Shown here one piece after another: positions 1-8,892 of a stretch of 64,000 nt of DNA. The DNA is taken from assembly GCA_949296475.1 (NCBI GenBank), contig CASFOK010000011.1, positions 2,300 to 66,299 of the forward strand, written 5' to 3'. Origin of the DNA: an uncultured Pseudomonadota bacterium. Lineage in GTDB: Bacteria > Pseudomonadota > Alphaproteobacteria > Rs-D84. Within the stretch, counting starts at the first letter, position 1, and every line of letters begins with the position of its first letter. Under the pieces are notes generated by a model, which had not been told where the DNA came from, searched no databases, and saw only the letters and a list, made by a program, of their open reading frames with translations. The position numbers and the translations under genes are program-made.

Positions 1-42
1 TGACAATAACATTGCAAATGTTGTCACGGTTAGTTTTTTCAT
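1..42 (-). CDS. 5' end of a signal-peptide-like protein gene that runs off the left edge (MKKLTVTTFAMLLS...)
   Basis: Read by hand. ATG at 42-40 on the minus strand is preceded by a GGAAGGGAG SD-like run (48-56). The start is hydrophobic. It lies 39 nt downstream of the 82-1773 gene on the same strand. Confidence 0.3.
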   Translation of the reverse strand, partial: MKKLTVTTFAMLLS

Positions 43-81
43 GGTTGCTCCCTTCCTTTCTTTCTTAGTTTTTCAAAGTCT

Positions 82-1773
82 TTAATTTGCAGGATTTGTC
101 ACGTTAACCCACGAGATATTCCCGTCACGATCAACAGACAACACACACAAATTAGATTCCGCCTGACATTCTACGCCAGGTTTAGGTATAACATAATCAA
201 CGACAGCCTTGACACTGGTATACTCGTCAACGCTACCTTTATTTAAATCCGTAATGGTTTCCGCTTTATTATCTTTATCTTCTTTTGCCGCCAATGCCGG
301 TCCAAAGTCCCCTTCCATACCGGCTGTAATGGCCTCAGAAATTTTTGTATCTGTTTCTATTTTCGTATAAGCGTTTGTAATGCCATAGTCCGCCAAAGTC
401 GTACCTTTGTTCGCTTTTTTATCTAATTCGGTACGAACAGCCAATTCTGACGGATAGTCCGTATTCGTCGCAGTATCTATATCGCGAACAACAATTCGTT
501 TATTAGCAACGTCTTCTTTTTTAGCCAATTCTTCATTAACATAAGCTGTTGTAGCATAATTACTTAATGCGCTGCTATCAGCCTTGGTCGCCAATGCATC
601 AGCAACGGCCTTTTCTGACGGATAATTTTCTGTGGTTGCTTCTGATACGGAACGAACGGCCTGAACAATTTTATTTACATCTTGCTTGGTTAACAACCCC
701 GTATTCAGCGCGTCTGTAGTGGCATAATCACCTGCATCTTGTTTACCGGCCAAACCTTGTTCCAGTTCTTCTGTCGTTGCGTAATCGCCAACCGGTTGTT
801 TACCCTGCAATGCCTGATAAATTACCTTGCCTTGAACTGCGTTTGTACCATCAGGTGTTAATTCAGAATCAACAACCGCACCTTCGGGTATAACAGGTTT
901 ATCACTTAAATCGTTATAAGAACCTGTTGTGGCAACCGTTGCCAAATTATCAATTTTAGACGCTGGGATATTATCAGGTAAATCAGATACTGTTAAACTA
1001 GAACTACCCGTTACTAAACCCTTGGAATCATATGTTATTTTGGTTCCTGTACCGCCCGTAATTGCAGCATTTGCGGTAACTTTTTGATTCAACTCTTCAA
1101 CAGTCGCATAATTGCCAACAGGCTGTTTTCCGGACAAACCTTGTTCCAATTCTTCTGTCGTTGCATAATCACCTGCATCTTGTTTACCCTGCAGGGCTTG
1201 ATAAATTACCTTGCCTTGAACTGCGTTTGTACCATCGGGCGTTAATTCTGAATCAACAACCGCACCTTCGGGTATAACAGGTTTATCACTTAAATCGTTA
1301 TAAGATCCCGTTGTGGCAACCGTTGCCAAGCCCGTAATTTTATCTGTTGATAGTTGCGGTATATCTTCTGCTGTCAAAGCCTCGCTGCCCGTTACTAATC
1401 CCTTGGAATCGTATGTTATCTTGGTTCCTGTACCGGGTTCTATATCAGGATTTGCGTTTAACTTGCCGTCCACAGCATCAAGGTTTGCCTTGGTTTCCAA
1501 AGCACCATATACCGCAGCAGCAGAAGGATATTGTTCAGACGTTGAAGAAGAATCTATGGTCTGGGTTTTATTCGTTACATCTTCTTTCTTTGCAAGTTCT
1601 GACGCATCTGCTTTTAAATCAACAACCACACTTAAATCATTAACAGTTTGCAATATTCCGTCATCTTTTCTGTCCACATAATCTTTGCTGGCAATTTGCG
1701 CAGCGTTTGCAGAACCGGTATATAATAACCCTGCAATAACTAATAAAGAAACTACATAACTGTTGTTTTTCAT
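82..1773 (-). CDS. Secreted fibrous repeat protein with phage-tail-fibre-type motifs (563 aa)
   Basis: Signal peptide MKNNSYVVSLLVIAGLLYTGSANA|A. Tail-fibre-type motifs present: KITYDSKGLVTG, TGSYNDLSDKP, repeated DYATTEELEQGL, and TLADYGITNAYTK. It contains a ~128-aa internal duplication. No enzymatic motifs seen. Confidence 0.75.
   Translation of the reverse strand: MKNNSYVVSLLVIAGLLYTGSANAAQIASKDYVDRKDDGILQTVNDLSVVVDLKADASELAKKEDVTNKTQTIDSSSTSEQYPSAAAVYGALETKANLDAVDGKLNANPDIEPGTGTKITYDSKGLVTGSEALTAEDIPQLSTDKITGLATVATTGSYNDLSDKPVIPEGAVVDSELTPDGTNAVQGKVIYQALQGKQDAGDYATTEELEQGLSGKQPVGNYATVEELNQKVTANAAITGGTGTKITYDSKGLVTGSSSLTVSDLPDNIPASKIDNLATVATTGSYNDLSDKPVIPEGAVVDSELTPDGTNAVQGKVIYQALQGKQPVGDYATTEELEQGLAGKQDAGDYATTDALNTGLLTKQDVNKIVQAVRSVSEATTENYPSEKAVADALATKADSSALSNYATTAYVNEELAKKEDVANKRIVVRDIDTATNTDYPSELAVRTELDKKANKGTTLADYGITNAYTKIETDTKISEAITAGMEGDFGPALAAKEDKDNKAETITDLNKGSVDEYTSVKAVVDYVIPKPGVECQAESNLCVLSVDRDGNISWVNVTNPAN
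718..1434 (-). repeat. Intragenic tandem duplication, two ~381-384 nt units (aa ~114-240 and ~241-352 of the 563-aa protein)
   Basis: The stretch ataaattaccttgccttgaactgcgtttgtaccatc... starts at 817 and again at 1201 (offset 384). Identity is near-perfect through ~950/1335. A second conserved block (cttggaatc.tatgttat) sits at 1021 and 1402. Confidence 0.9.
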
Positions 1774-1784
1774 ATACCTGCCCC

Positions 1785-4166
1785 CTAGAATACTATATCA
1801 TACCACGTTTTATCGCCGTTATCGTCTGTACCGAACAACTTATTTTTCCCAGCCCCTTCAATTGTTACAACGCCATCTAAATCAGATTTGTCCGCTTTTG
1901 ATTGCAGTGACGTATGTACAGCCAACGCAGATGGATATTCTTCAGACGTAGAATTTTCATCTATGACCTGGGTTTTATTTGATTTGTCTTCTTTACCAGC
2001 CAACGCTTCATCAACACCTTCTATACCGCCAAGCGTTAAATCTTGCAGTTTTTTATCAATTGTTGATTTATCATAAACGCTGTCCACATTTGCCTTGGTT
2101 GACAAAGTACCATACACCGCCGCCGCAGATGGATATTGCACATCCGTAGAAGAAGCGTCTATGGTCTGTGTTTTATTTGATTTATCTTCTTTGGCGTCTA
2201 ATGAAGTGTTAACAAAATCTGTTGTTGCATAAGCCGATAATTCTTCTTTCGTGGCCAAAACACTTAAAGAAGACTTGTCCGCTTTGTCTGACAACTTATT
2301 ATCAACCTCGGTCTTGGTATAAGCATCTTGGATACCGTACCCAGCCAATGTGGTTGCTTTATCTGCTTTTGCAGCCGCTTCTAATCTTGCGGTATCGGCG
2401 GTATCTTGTGCGGTTTCCGCCGCTGATTGTGCGGATTCAGCGGTTGATTGCGCTGTTTCCGCTGCCGACTGGGCGACTGTTGCGGCCTGACTTGCAAGAT
2501 CTGCTATATTTTTTGCTTCATCCGCTGTTGTCACGGCGCTTTCCGCTGTTGTACGAACTTCATCTACTGCTGATGCGGCTTCTTCTGCGATTGCTTTTGC
2601 ATCTTCTGCTGTTGTTTTGGCGCCTTCTGCCGTTTGACTTGCGGTATCAGCGGTTGTTTTTGCCGTTTCTGCTGTTGTACGAACTTCGTCTATCAATTCC
2701 GTTGCCCTATCCGCCGCCTCTTTCGCGGTATTAGCAGTTGATACAGCAGTAGCAGACGCGTTAACGGCGTTCGCCGCCGCCACACCGGCATCGGTCGCCA
2801 AGGTTTTTACATTTCCAACCTCAGTAGACAAAGAATCCAGCGCAGATTTATCAGCCTTTAATGCAACCTCTGATTTCTGGGCATAATTTTCTAGTTCTGA
2901 CTTATCTGCCTTGTCTTCTAATTCAACTTTTGTTGCATAATTTCCCAGTTCTGATTTATCGGCCTTGGTTGCCAAACCAGAATCAACATAATCTGTTTTT
3001 GCATATGCAGATAAATCTACTTCACCGCCAATCGCAGCCTCTGCTATTTTTTGATCAATCGTTTCTTGGTCATAAGTTTCGGTTTTTGTATAAACATCGT
3101 CGGCGTTGGCTTTTGGTGCCAAACCACGCGATACAAACTCCTCTGTTGCATACCCCGTCAGCGCACCGTTATCTAACTTACCGCTTAGTCCATCAGTTAA
3201 CTCTGTTTTCGTTGCATATGTATTCGCCACATCCTCTGTTTTGGCATAATCTAATAATTCATCTTTTGTTGCATAAACAGTGGCCAAGGAATCAACAGCA
3301 TCTGATATCGCCTGATTCATAACTTCATAAGTAGTATAATTAGATAAATCAACAGACGCTACATCACCTGGTTCACCCTTTTCACCTTGGGGCCCTTGTT
3401 CACCACGTTCACCTTGGGGTCCTTGAATTCCTTGTTCACCCTGTGGACCTTGAATACCTTGCAAACCCTGGTCACCCTTTTCACCTTGGGGTCCTTGAAT
3501 TCCTTGCGCACCTTGTGGACCAGTAATTGCAGATATAGGTAATAACTCTATCCAACTACTATCACCTTCCAGACGCCAAACCAACGCCTGTTGTGCGTCA
3601 TCAAAACCTAATTCTACATTTCTGCCGACAACCTCGCCGATATTTTTACGTAATTCGTCTAAATCAAGCCAAATATTATTATCTTCTACATTAATATATT
3701 TATCCGAAGGAATCAGGTTTTCTTGTTTAACTGTATCTAAACGTTCTATTTCTTTTCGTAATTCAGCAATAATTTCTGGATCAACCGTTACATCACCGCC
3801 AGAACTGCTGCCACCAGATGTTCCGGGATTTTGTGGCCTTAATGAACTGCCACCGCTAACTGACCCACTGCCACCTAAATATTGTCCGATGGACAACCTG
3901 GGCGTTGTAAGAACGCGACCGCTTGTCGTAGAAGAACTTGTATTATTAGTATTACTTTGTGTGGTGGTGGGCGATACCCTGACAGAAGCACCACGGACAG
4001 AAGAAGTACCAGAATCAGATGCAACAGCAGCGGCAGCGTTTGACGCACCGTCATACGTACCACTGCCCCCCAACACCCGAACAGAAGACGCCGCATACGC
4101 ACCAGATACCGCGGTGCACAATACGCAAACTATCGCAAGTGTTGATATTTTAAAGTCTTTTTTCAT
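1785..4166 (-). CDS. Secreted collagen-like / tail-fibre-like fibrous protein (793 aa)
   Basis: Signal peptide ...CTAVSGAYA|A, then an S/T/G-rich low-complexity region and 17 G-X-Y triplets. YATK.EL-type repeats follow, then an Ala/Thr-rich coiled-coil-like region with a 42-aa internal repeat (DEVRTTAE twice). Two NKTQ.ID..ST..YPSA.AV cassettes are shared with the 82-1773 protein. It also carries [13 protein letters not shown]. Confidence 0.8.
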   Translation of the reverse strand: MKKDFKISTLAIVCVLCTAVSGAYAASSVRVLGGSGTYDGASNAAAAVASDSGTSSVRGASVRVSPTTTQSNTNNTSSSTTSGRVLTTPRLSIGQYLGGSGSVSGGSSLRPQNPGTSGGSSSGGDVTVDPEIIAELRKEIERLDTVKQENLIPSDKYINVEDNNIWLDLDELRKNIGEVVGRNVELGFDDAQQALVWRLEGDSSWIELLPISAITGPQGAQGIQGPQGEKGDQGLQGIQGPQGEQGIQGPQGERGEQGPQGEKGEPGDVASVDLSNYTTYEVMNQAISDAVDSLATVYATKDELLDYAKTEDVANTYATKTELTDGLSGKLDNGALTGYATEEFVSRGLAPKANADDVYTKTETYDQETIDQKIAEAAIGGEVDLSAYAKTDYVDSGLATKADKSELGNYATKVELEDKADKSELENYAQKSEVALKADKSALDSLSTEVGNVKTLATDAGVAAANAVNASATAVSTANTAKEAADRATELIDEVRTTAETAKTTADTASQTAEGAKTTAEDAKAIAEEAASAVDEVRTTAESAVTTADEAKNIADLASQAATVAQSAAETAQSTAESAQSAAETAQDTADTARLEAAAKADKATTLAGYGIQDAYTKTEVDNKLSDKADKSSLSVLATKEELSAYATTDFVNTSLDAKEDKSNKTQTIDASSTDVQYPSAAAVYGTLSTKANVDSVYDKSTIDKKLQDLTLGGIEGVDEALAGKEDKSNKTQVIDENSTSEEYPSALAVHTSLQSKADKSDLDGVVTIEGAGKNKLFGTDDNGDKTWYDIVF
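3366..3521 (-). repeat. Collagen-like triple-helix repeat, (G-X-Y)17
   Basis: Translation reads [52 protein letters not shown]. The plus strand shows the reiterated ccttg(g/a/t) pattern. Confidence 0.95.
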
Positions 4167-4230
4167 ACATTCTCTCTACTTTTATTTATAATATCATATT
4201 TCTGCGAATCGGGTCAATAGTTTTCCTGTT

Positions 4231-4971
4231 TTAAAATTCATACCTTAATCCGATAGAAATAGAGTTATCCAAAATCAAACCGATTTTATTTTCTATACTG
4301 GACTGGTAGAAAACATTCGGTTCGTCTTTATAATACCATTCAAAATCCCTTGCATGCGTTGTGCCCATCAAACCCGCCAGACGATAACGAATATCTAACG
4401 TCAGGTTATAATCCAACTCTTTTGCAAAGCCCACCATTATACTGCCCATTGGCGAGACACTGCTTTTACTTCTTGCACCGCTTTCCATAACAAAATTCTC
4501 GCTATCTAATGTCGTAGTGGGCAAAGCAGCACCAATACCGGCCCCCAGATAAAAACCATTCAAGAAATCCCTATAACCATTTACTATCGCATAAGGCGCT
4601 GACAACGTAAATTCAAAACCTAAATCTTTGTCTGTAAAACGACCTATGTACCCACCTTCTAATTCAACGCGCCACAAGTAATTAAATTTCCAACCTGCCG
4701 CCAGACTGCCACCAAAAACAGGTTCAAAAGAATAAATATCTTCACTAAACTGACCGACTACATAAGGATAATCAGAATCATATTTATTTTTCCAATTTAA
4801 AAAACTTAGTTCTGCACGACCTACAACGTACCACCCGTCTTTTGCCTTATCCTTATAATCATATGTAACCGTATAACCGCCATTGTCATTTGGTGTTATA
4901 TGACTGGGTACTGCAAAAGCCTGCGTCGTAATGAACCCCATAAAAGCAACAAAAAGCATTTTTGTTTTCAT
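4231..4971 (-). CDS. Outer-membrane beta-barrel protein (OmpA-like TM / OMP_b-brl type)
   Basis: Signal peptide MKTKMLFVAFMGFITTQAFA. Alternating aromatic/Gly beta-strand pattern. C-terminal ...IGLRYEF with terminal Phe. Confidence 0.65.
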   Translation of the reverse strand: MKTKMLFVAFMGFITTQAFAVPSHITPNDNGGYTVTYDYKDKAKDGWYVVGRAELSFLNWKNKYDSDYPYVVGQFSEDIYSFEPVFGGSLAAGWKFNYLWRVELEGGYIGRFTDKDLGFEFTLSAPYAIVNGYRDFLNGFYLGAGIGAALPTTTLDSENFVMESGARSKSSVSPMGSIMVGFAKELDYNLTLDIRYRLAGLMGTTHARDFEWYYKDEPNVFYQSSIENKIGLILDNSISIGLRYEF

Positions 4972-5048
4972 AATTAAAACTCCTTATCCAAACATTTTAA
5001 TATAGTATACCACAAAAACACCTCCGATACAAAGAACAAAAACTCGCA

Positions 5049-5077
5049 TTGACAATTTTTTTACTTTTTGTTATATT
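5049..5077 (+). promoter_or_regulatory. Sigma70-type promoter candidate for pal
   Basis: TTGACA (5049-5054), 17-nt spacer, TATATT (5072-5077). It lies ~35 nt upstream of the pal ATG. Confidence 0.45.
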
Positions 5078-5111
5078 TTTTATGTAAACTTATTTAATAA
5101 ATGGATGCGAT

Positions 5112-5510
5112 ATGAAAAAAATTTTATGCGCTTTTGCTTTAATGGGTTTGGGCGCTTGCACAGGCGTTCCAAATAGTATTAATGATGACAAAGTATTTTT
5201 TGCTTTTGATTCTGCCGTAATTACAGACGAAGCACACCAGTCATTAAAAGAGCAATCTTTATATATGAAAACACACCCAAGTGATACTTTTATCCTAGAA
5301 GGTCACTGTGACGAACGTGGTTCAACAGAATACAATTTGGCACTGGGCGCGCTACGTGCTGGCAACGCCGCCCATACCTTATTTCAAGAAGGTATAAAAG
5401 AAGATCAAATTAAAACAATATCCTATGGGAAAGAACGCCCACAATATCCTGGCACGGGTGAAGCCGTGTGGGCAAAAAACAGGAACGTTACGACAAAAGT
5501 AAAAGATTAA
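5112..5510 (+). CDS. pal: Peptidoglycan-associated lipoprotein Pal (OmpA C-terminal-like domain)
   Basis: Lipobox LGAC. OmpA_C motifs FAFDSAVI...LEGHCDERGSTEYNLALGALRA...ISYGKERP. Confidence 0.85.
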   Translation: MKKILCAFALMGLGACTGVPNSINDDKVFFAFDSAVITDEAHQSLKEQSLYMKTHPSDTFILEGHCDERGSTEYNLALGALRAGNAAHTLFQEGIKEDQIKTISYGKERPQYPGTGEAVWAKNRNVTTKVKD

Positions 5511-5540
5511 AAAACGCGTCAACAGACGCGTTTTTCTTTT
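5511..5540 (+). terminator. Rho-independent terminator after pal
   Basis: Stem aaaacgcgtc (5511-5520), loop aaca, stem gacgcgtttt, followed by a T-run. Confidence 0.7.
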
Positions 5541-5594
5541 ATAAATAAATTAACAAACTTGACCAATTCATCTTTTTTTAATACTATGTAAAAC

Positions 5595-6386
5595 ATGGAA
5601 GACAATACAGCAATTTCTTTTGCAAATGTAGGCGCACGTTATGATAATGCGCGCGAGGTTTTATCTGACGTTTCTTTTAACATCAGCAACGGTGCTTTTT
5701 ATTTTTTATCTGGTGCATCGGGCGCAGGTAAAACAACTTTGTTACGTTTGATATATCAATTACACAAACCTTGTCGTGGTCAAATAAAACTATTCGGCAA
5801 GGTGACTAATGATATGTCGCGTGACGACATTGCAAAATTAAGACACAAAATGGCAATTGTTTTTCAAGAGTATTCATTACTATCCCACATGTCTGTATTT
5901 GATAATGTTGCGCTGCCATTGCGTGTCAGGGGATTACCAGAAAATCAAATAAAAAAACTTGTATCCAAGACATTAGATTGGGTTGGTTTAGGAAAGTATG
6001 CAAACGCAAATCCAAAGTCTTTATCTGGTGGGCAACAACAACGCGTATCGGTTGCGCGCGCAATCATTATACAACCGTCCATACTGCTGGCCGACGAACC
6101 GACGGGCAACCTTGATGACGAGAATGCGTCAAGACTGATGGAACTGTTTATTCAGATGAATAAAACATTTGGTACGACAATAATATTGGCAACGCACAGT
6201 ACCAAGTTAATGGATACATATAAATTTCCTGTTATACGCGTTGAAAATCATAAATTAAGTTTTGTTGGCGGTAAGACATCATCCGCACAAAAAGCAGAAG
6301 ATATAAAAAAAATATGGAAGGGTCCAAAACCACAAAACTATTTTTCAGAACTGTCCAAACAATTTGATGATATAGAGAACGCATAA
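5595..6386 (+). CDS. ftsE: Cell-division ABC ATPase FtsE (with ~40-aa C-terminal extension)
   Basis: Walker A GASGAGKTT, signature LSGGQQQRVSVARA, Walker B LLADEPTGNLD. Its stop overlaps the ftsX start (TAATG). Confidence 0.85.
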   Translation: MEDNTAISFANVGARYDNAREVLSDVSFNISNGAFYFLSGASGAGKTTLLRLIYQLHKPCRGQIKLFGKVTNDMSRDDIAKLRHKMAIVFQEYSLLSHMSVFDNVALPLRVRGLPENQIKKLVSKTLDWVGLGKYANANPKSLSGGQQQRVSVARAIIIQPSILLADEPTGNLDDENASRLMELFIQMNKTFGTTIILATHSTKLMDTYKFPVIRVENHKLSFVGGKTSSAQKAEDIKKIWKGPKPQNYFSELSKQFDDIENA

Positions 6387-7225
6387 TGAAAAAACCGGTT
6401 GTATTTTCTTTGTTACATGAACAGTCTATTTTTATGACGGCAATTATGGGCTTATTAACTTTCTTGGCGGTTTTGGCCTTGGGCATTTCTTTATCTATTG
6501 GTACCGGGGTAATGCGTTGGAATTCGCAATGGGACCTGTTTGCCACAGTACAAATAATGAACACAGACGCAGAAAGTAAAATAAAAAATATAATTGATGC
6601 GAACAAAGATAAAATAACCAAAGTAAATGAAATATCAACCGAACAAATGAAAGAACTGATGCGTCCATGGTTGACCGGTGGCGGTGAAGCGCTGGAAAAA
6701 TATCTGCCTAAAATGTACGAACTGGAATTTAATAGCAAACAAGACCTGCAAAGCATCGGTCAAGAAATGTCTAAACAAGCGCGCTTTTTAACGCACGCTG
6801 ATGCGTTGAAATCTTCTACATCTGCGGGCTGGAAAATGATTTTAATTTCAACGTTTGTATTATTGTTAACCTTGGGCGCAATAGGCGTTTGCATTTCTTA
6901 CATTGCCCGCAATACCGCAATGCTGCACAAACGCGAACTGGAAATTTTGAATCAAATCGGTGCACGTGATATATTTGTCGCCCATCAAATGCAGATAATT
7001 GTCGGTAAAATATCGGTTATCGCTGCAAGCGCTGGATTTGCGGTTGCTGTACCGGTTTTGCTGTTAATTTTATCAACGGCACACAGCGCCCGCGTAGGTT
7101 TAATGGCAATGTTAGGTCTATCTTCTATTGGTTGGACTTTACTGGTTCTTTTACCCATTGCGATAATAATATTTGCTATATGGATAACAAAAAAAACAAC
7201 TTTGAACATTTTGAAAAATAACTGA
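6386..7225 (+). CDS. ftsX: FtsX-like cell-division permease
   Basis: Translationally coupled to ftsE. Topology is an N-terminal TM, a periplasmic loop, then 3 C-terminal TM helices. Confidence 0.65.
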   Translation: MKKPVVFSLLHEQSIFMTAIMGLLTFLAVLALGISLSIGTGVMRWNSQWDLFATVQIMNTDAESKIKNIIDANKDKITKVNEISTEQMKELMRPWLTGGGEALEKYLPKMYELEFNSKQDLQSIGQEMSKQARFLTHADALKSSTSAGWKMILISTFVLLLTLGAIGVCISYIARNTAMLHKRELEILNQIGARDIFVAHQMQIIVGKISVIAASAGFAVAVPVLLLILSTAHSARVGLMAMLGLSSIGWTLLVLLPIAIIIFAIWITKKTTLNILKNN

Positions 7226-7734
7226 TGAGATTATTGGCACCATCTTTATTATTGATAAGTCTTTTTGTGATTGGTGGTATGGTTTTCAAAACGACCGCCC
7301 CCAGACAATGTGGGACTATATTACCAGAAGATTCTATATTTGTTCTAACTGGCGATGTACGCCGAATACCTTTTGCCATGCGCCAACTACGCAATCATCC
7401 AAAGGCAGATTTATATATAATCGGCGCGGGCATGCCTGGGTCTCAAAAAATGAAAAAGCAAGTTACGATTGAATCGGACTCTAAATCTACTTATGAAAAC
7501 GCGCTGGCAATCAAAAAAATAGTAAGCAAAAAAGGATTGGACAGAATTGTAATCATAACAACCGAAGACCATATGCATCGTGCTAACTATCTGATAAAAC
7601 AAGAATTACCCGGCATAGAAATTGTTACATGCCCAGTTCCGCTTAGCGACATGCCCGTTTCAAAAAGACTTGAAAGATGGGCCACAGAATATGTAAAATA
7701 TATCGCCACGATGTTCGGAATAAAAGAAAGTTAA
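7225..7734 (+). CDS. DUF218 (YdcF/ElyC-like) domain protein
   Basis: TGATG overlap with ftsX. N-terminal TM. Pattern IFVLTGD...YIIGAG...STYENA...IVIITTEDHMHRA is typical of DUF218. Confidence 0.5.
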   Translation: MRLLAPSLLLISLFVIGGMVFKTTAPRQCGTILPEDSIFVLTGDVRRIPFAMRQLRNHPKADLYIIGAGMPGSQKMKKQVTIESDSKSTYENALAIKKIVSKKGLDRIVIITTEDHMHRANYLIKQELPGIEIVTCPVPLSDMPVSKRLERWATEYVKYIATMFGIKES

Positions 7735-7745
7735 AGGGAAAAAGC

Positions 7746-8453
7746 ATGTTAAAAACCGTTGTATTTAAATTTGTTCTTGGCGTTTATTTTGTTTTATGGA
7801 GTCCGATATTACTACTCGGCCTTATATCAAAGAAACTGACAACGATATTAGTTCTGACCTGTGCCAACGGTGTATTATGGTTGGCAAAAACGGTTGCAGG
7901 CATAAAATACGTTGTACATTATCCGCCAACCGAAGAAAACGGCGTACCAGTTGCACCAAACGGCAACATTCGCCTAGACGGCAAGGCCATAATTGCCGCA
8001 AAACATATGTCCATTTTAGAAATAGCAATTTTAACAAATGTTATACCTAACTCTTTCTTCATAATAAAGCGCGAGTTATTATGGATACCGATTTACGGAT
8101 GGGCGTTTTGGCGTATGGGTTTGCAACCTGTAAATCGTGCACGCGGGGCGACAAATATGCAAAAGTTAACGAACGCCGTCGCAGAAAAAATAATGAACGG
8201 TAAAATTTTAATAATCTTTCCCGAAGGAACGCGTGCAAAACCAGGTCAACACATTCCTTTGAAACGCGGTTTATTATTCTTGGCCCATCAATTAAAGTTA
8301 CCTATTTTACCGGTTGGTACTGACGCCGGTTTATATTGGCCTAAACGCGGGAAAATAAAAAGCGGAACCGCAAACTTATGGTTTGAACCGTTACTGCCAT
8401 GTAACGCATCATTGGACGAAATAAGCGAATCAATTAATCGTCATAGCGCTTGA
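7746..8453 (+). CDS. plsC: 1-acyl-sn-glycerol-3-phosphate acyltransferase
   Basis: Acyltransferase motifs KHMSILE (HX4D/E-type) and FPEGTR. Start moved to ATG 7746 (MLKTVVF...) behind AAGGGAAAAAG; the ORF-track start at 7677 would overlap the previous gene. Confidence 0.8.
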   Translation: MLKTVVFKFVLGVYFVLWSPILLLGLISKKLTTILVLTCANGVLWLAKTVAGIKYVVHYPPTEENGVPVAPNGNIRLDGKAIIAAKHMSILEIAILTNVIPNSFFIIKRELLWIPIYGWAFWRMGLQPVNRARGATNMQKLTNAVAEKIMNGKILIIFPEGTRAKPGQHIPLKRGLLFLAHQLKLPILPVGTDAGLYWPKRGKIKSGTANLWFEPLLPCNASLDEISESINRHSA

Positions 8454-8455
8454 AT

Positions 8456-8482
8456 TAAAAAACTGCCTGCCGGCAGTTTTTT
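8456..8482. terminator. Bidirectional hairpin terminator between plsC and the nuclease gene
   Basis: aaaaaaCTGCCtgccGGCAGtttttt, with an A-run and a T-run on either side. Confidence 0.65.
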
Positions 8483-8891
8483 AATTACACCAACTGTCAC
8501 GTTTTCCACCGTTATATGAACGTCCCAGTTTTTCTTGCAACAAAATATTACCGACATCACGACCATCTTGCAAAATAACGTCGGCATCTATTCTGCCCAA
8601 ATATTTATCGTCTTTTATGTTTTGTAATTCCACCACAGAACCAATTGATAATAATTCTGCCAACCTATCTTTTGCAAGATTTGCCATTCTTATTTCTTTG
8701 TCGCAACTACCTTTTAACTCGGGCGTATCAACATTTTTCAATCGCACACGAACGGAAATTTTTGTATCATCTTGTAATAAAACAAAGGCTGCAAAAGTAT
8801 CGCCGTCAAAAATATAATCAACCACTGCAGGTACAGCACTTGCCGCATTTATAAATAAACAAGACAATAAACAAACATAAAAATATTTCAT
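8481..8891 (-). CDS. Secreted thermonuclease (staphylococcal nuclease, SNase-like)
   Basis: Signal peptide MKYFYVCLLSCLFINAASA. SNase pattern DGDTF...VRLKNVDTPE...A..RL...V.L....DKYLGRIDADV. Confidence 0.7.
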   Translation of the reverse strand: MKYFYVCLLSCLFINAASAVPAVVDYIFDGDTFAAFVLLQDDTKISVRVRLKNVDTPELKGSCDKEIRMANLAKDRLAELLSIGSVVELQNIKDDKYLGRIDADVILQDGRDVGNILLQEKLGRSYNGGKRDSWCN

Positions 8892-8892
8892 T

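Noticed and set aside
1313-3322. Plus-strand ORFs 1313-1681, 1347-1643, 1763-1951, 1888-2076, 2222-2734 and 2861-3322
   Set aside because: These are shadow ORFs antisense to the two repeat-rich fibre genes. Their translations are low-complexity (L/R/P/Y-rich) with no start context.
1-4166. Prophage or tailocin remnant, suggested by the tail-fibre motifs
   Set aside because: No capsid, portal, terminase, tube/sheath, baseplate, lysis or integrase genes are in or next to the visible region. All products carry Sec signal peptides, which phage fibres lack. The region left of the window is unseen, so this is not fully excluded.
6232-6756. 174-aa minus-strand ORF across the ftsE/ftsX junction
   Set aside because: It is antisense to two well-supported, translationally coupled genes, and its product has no recognisable motif.
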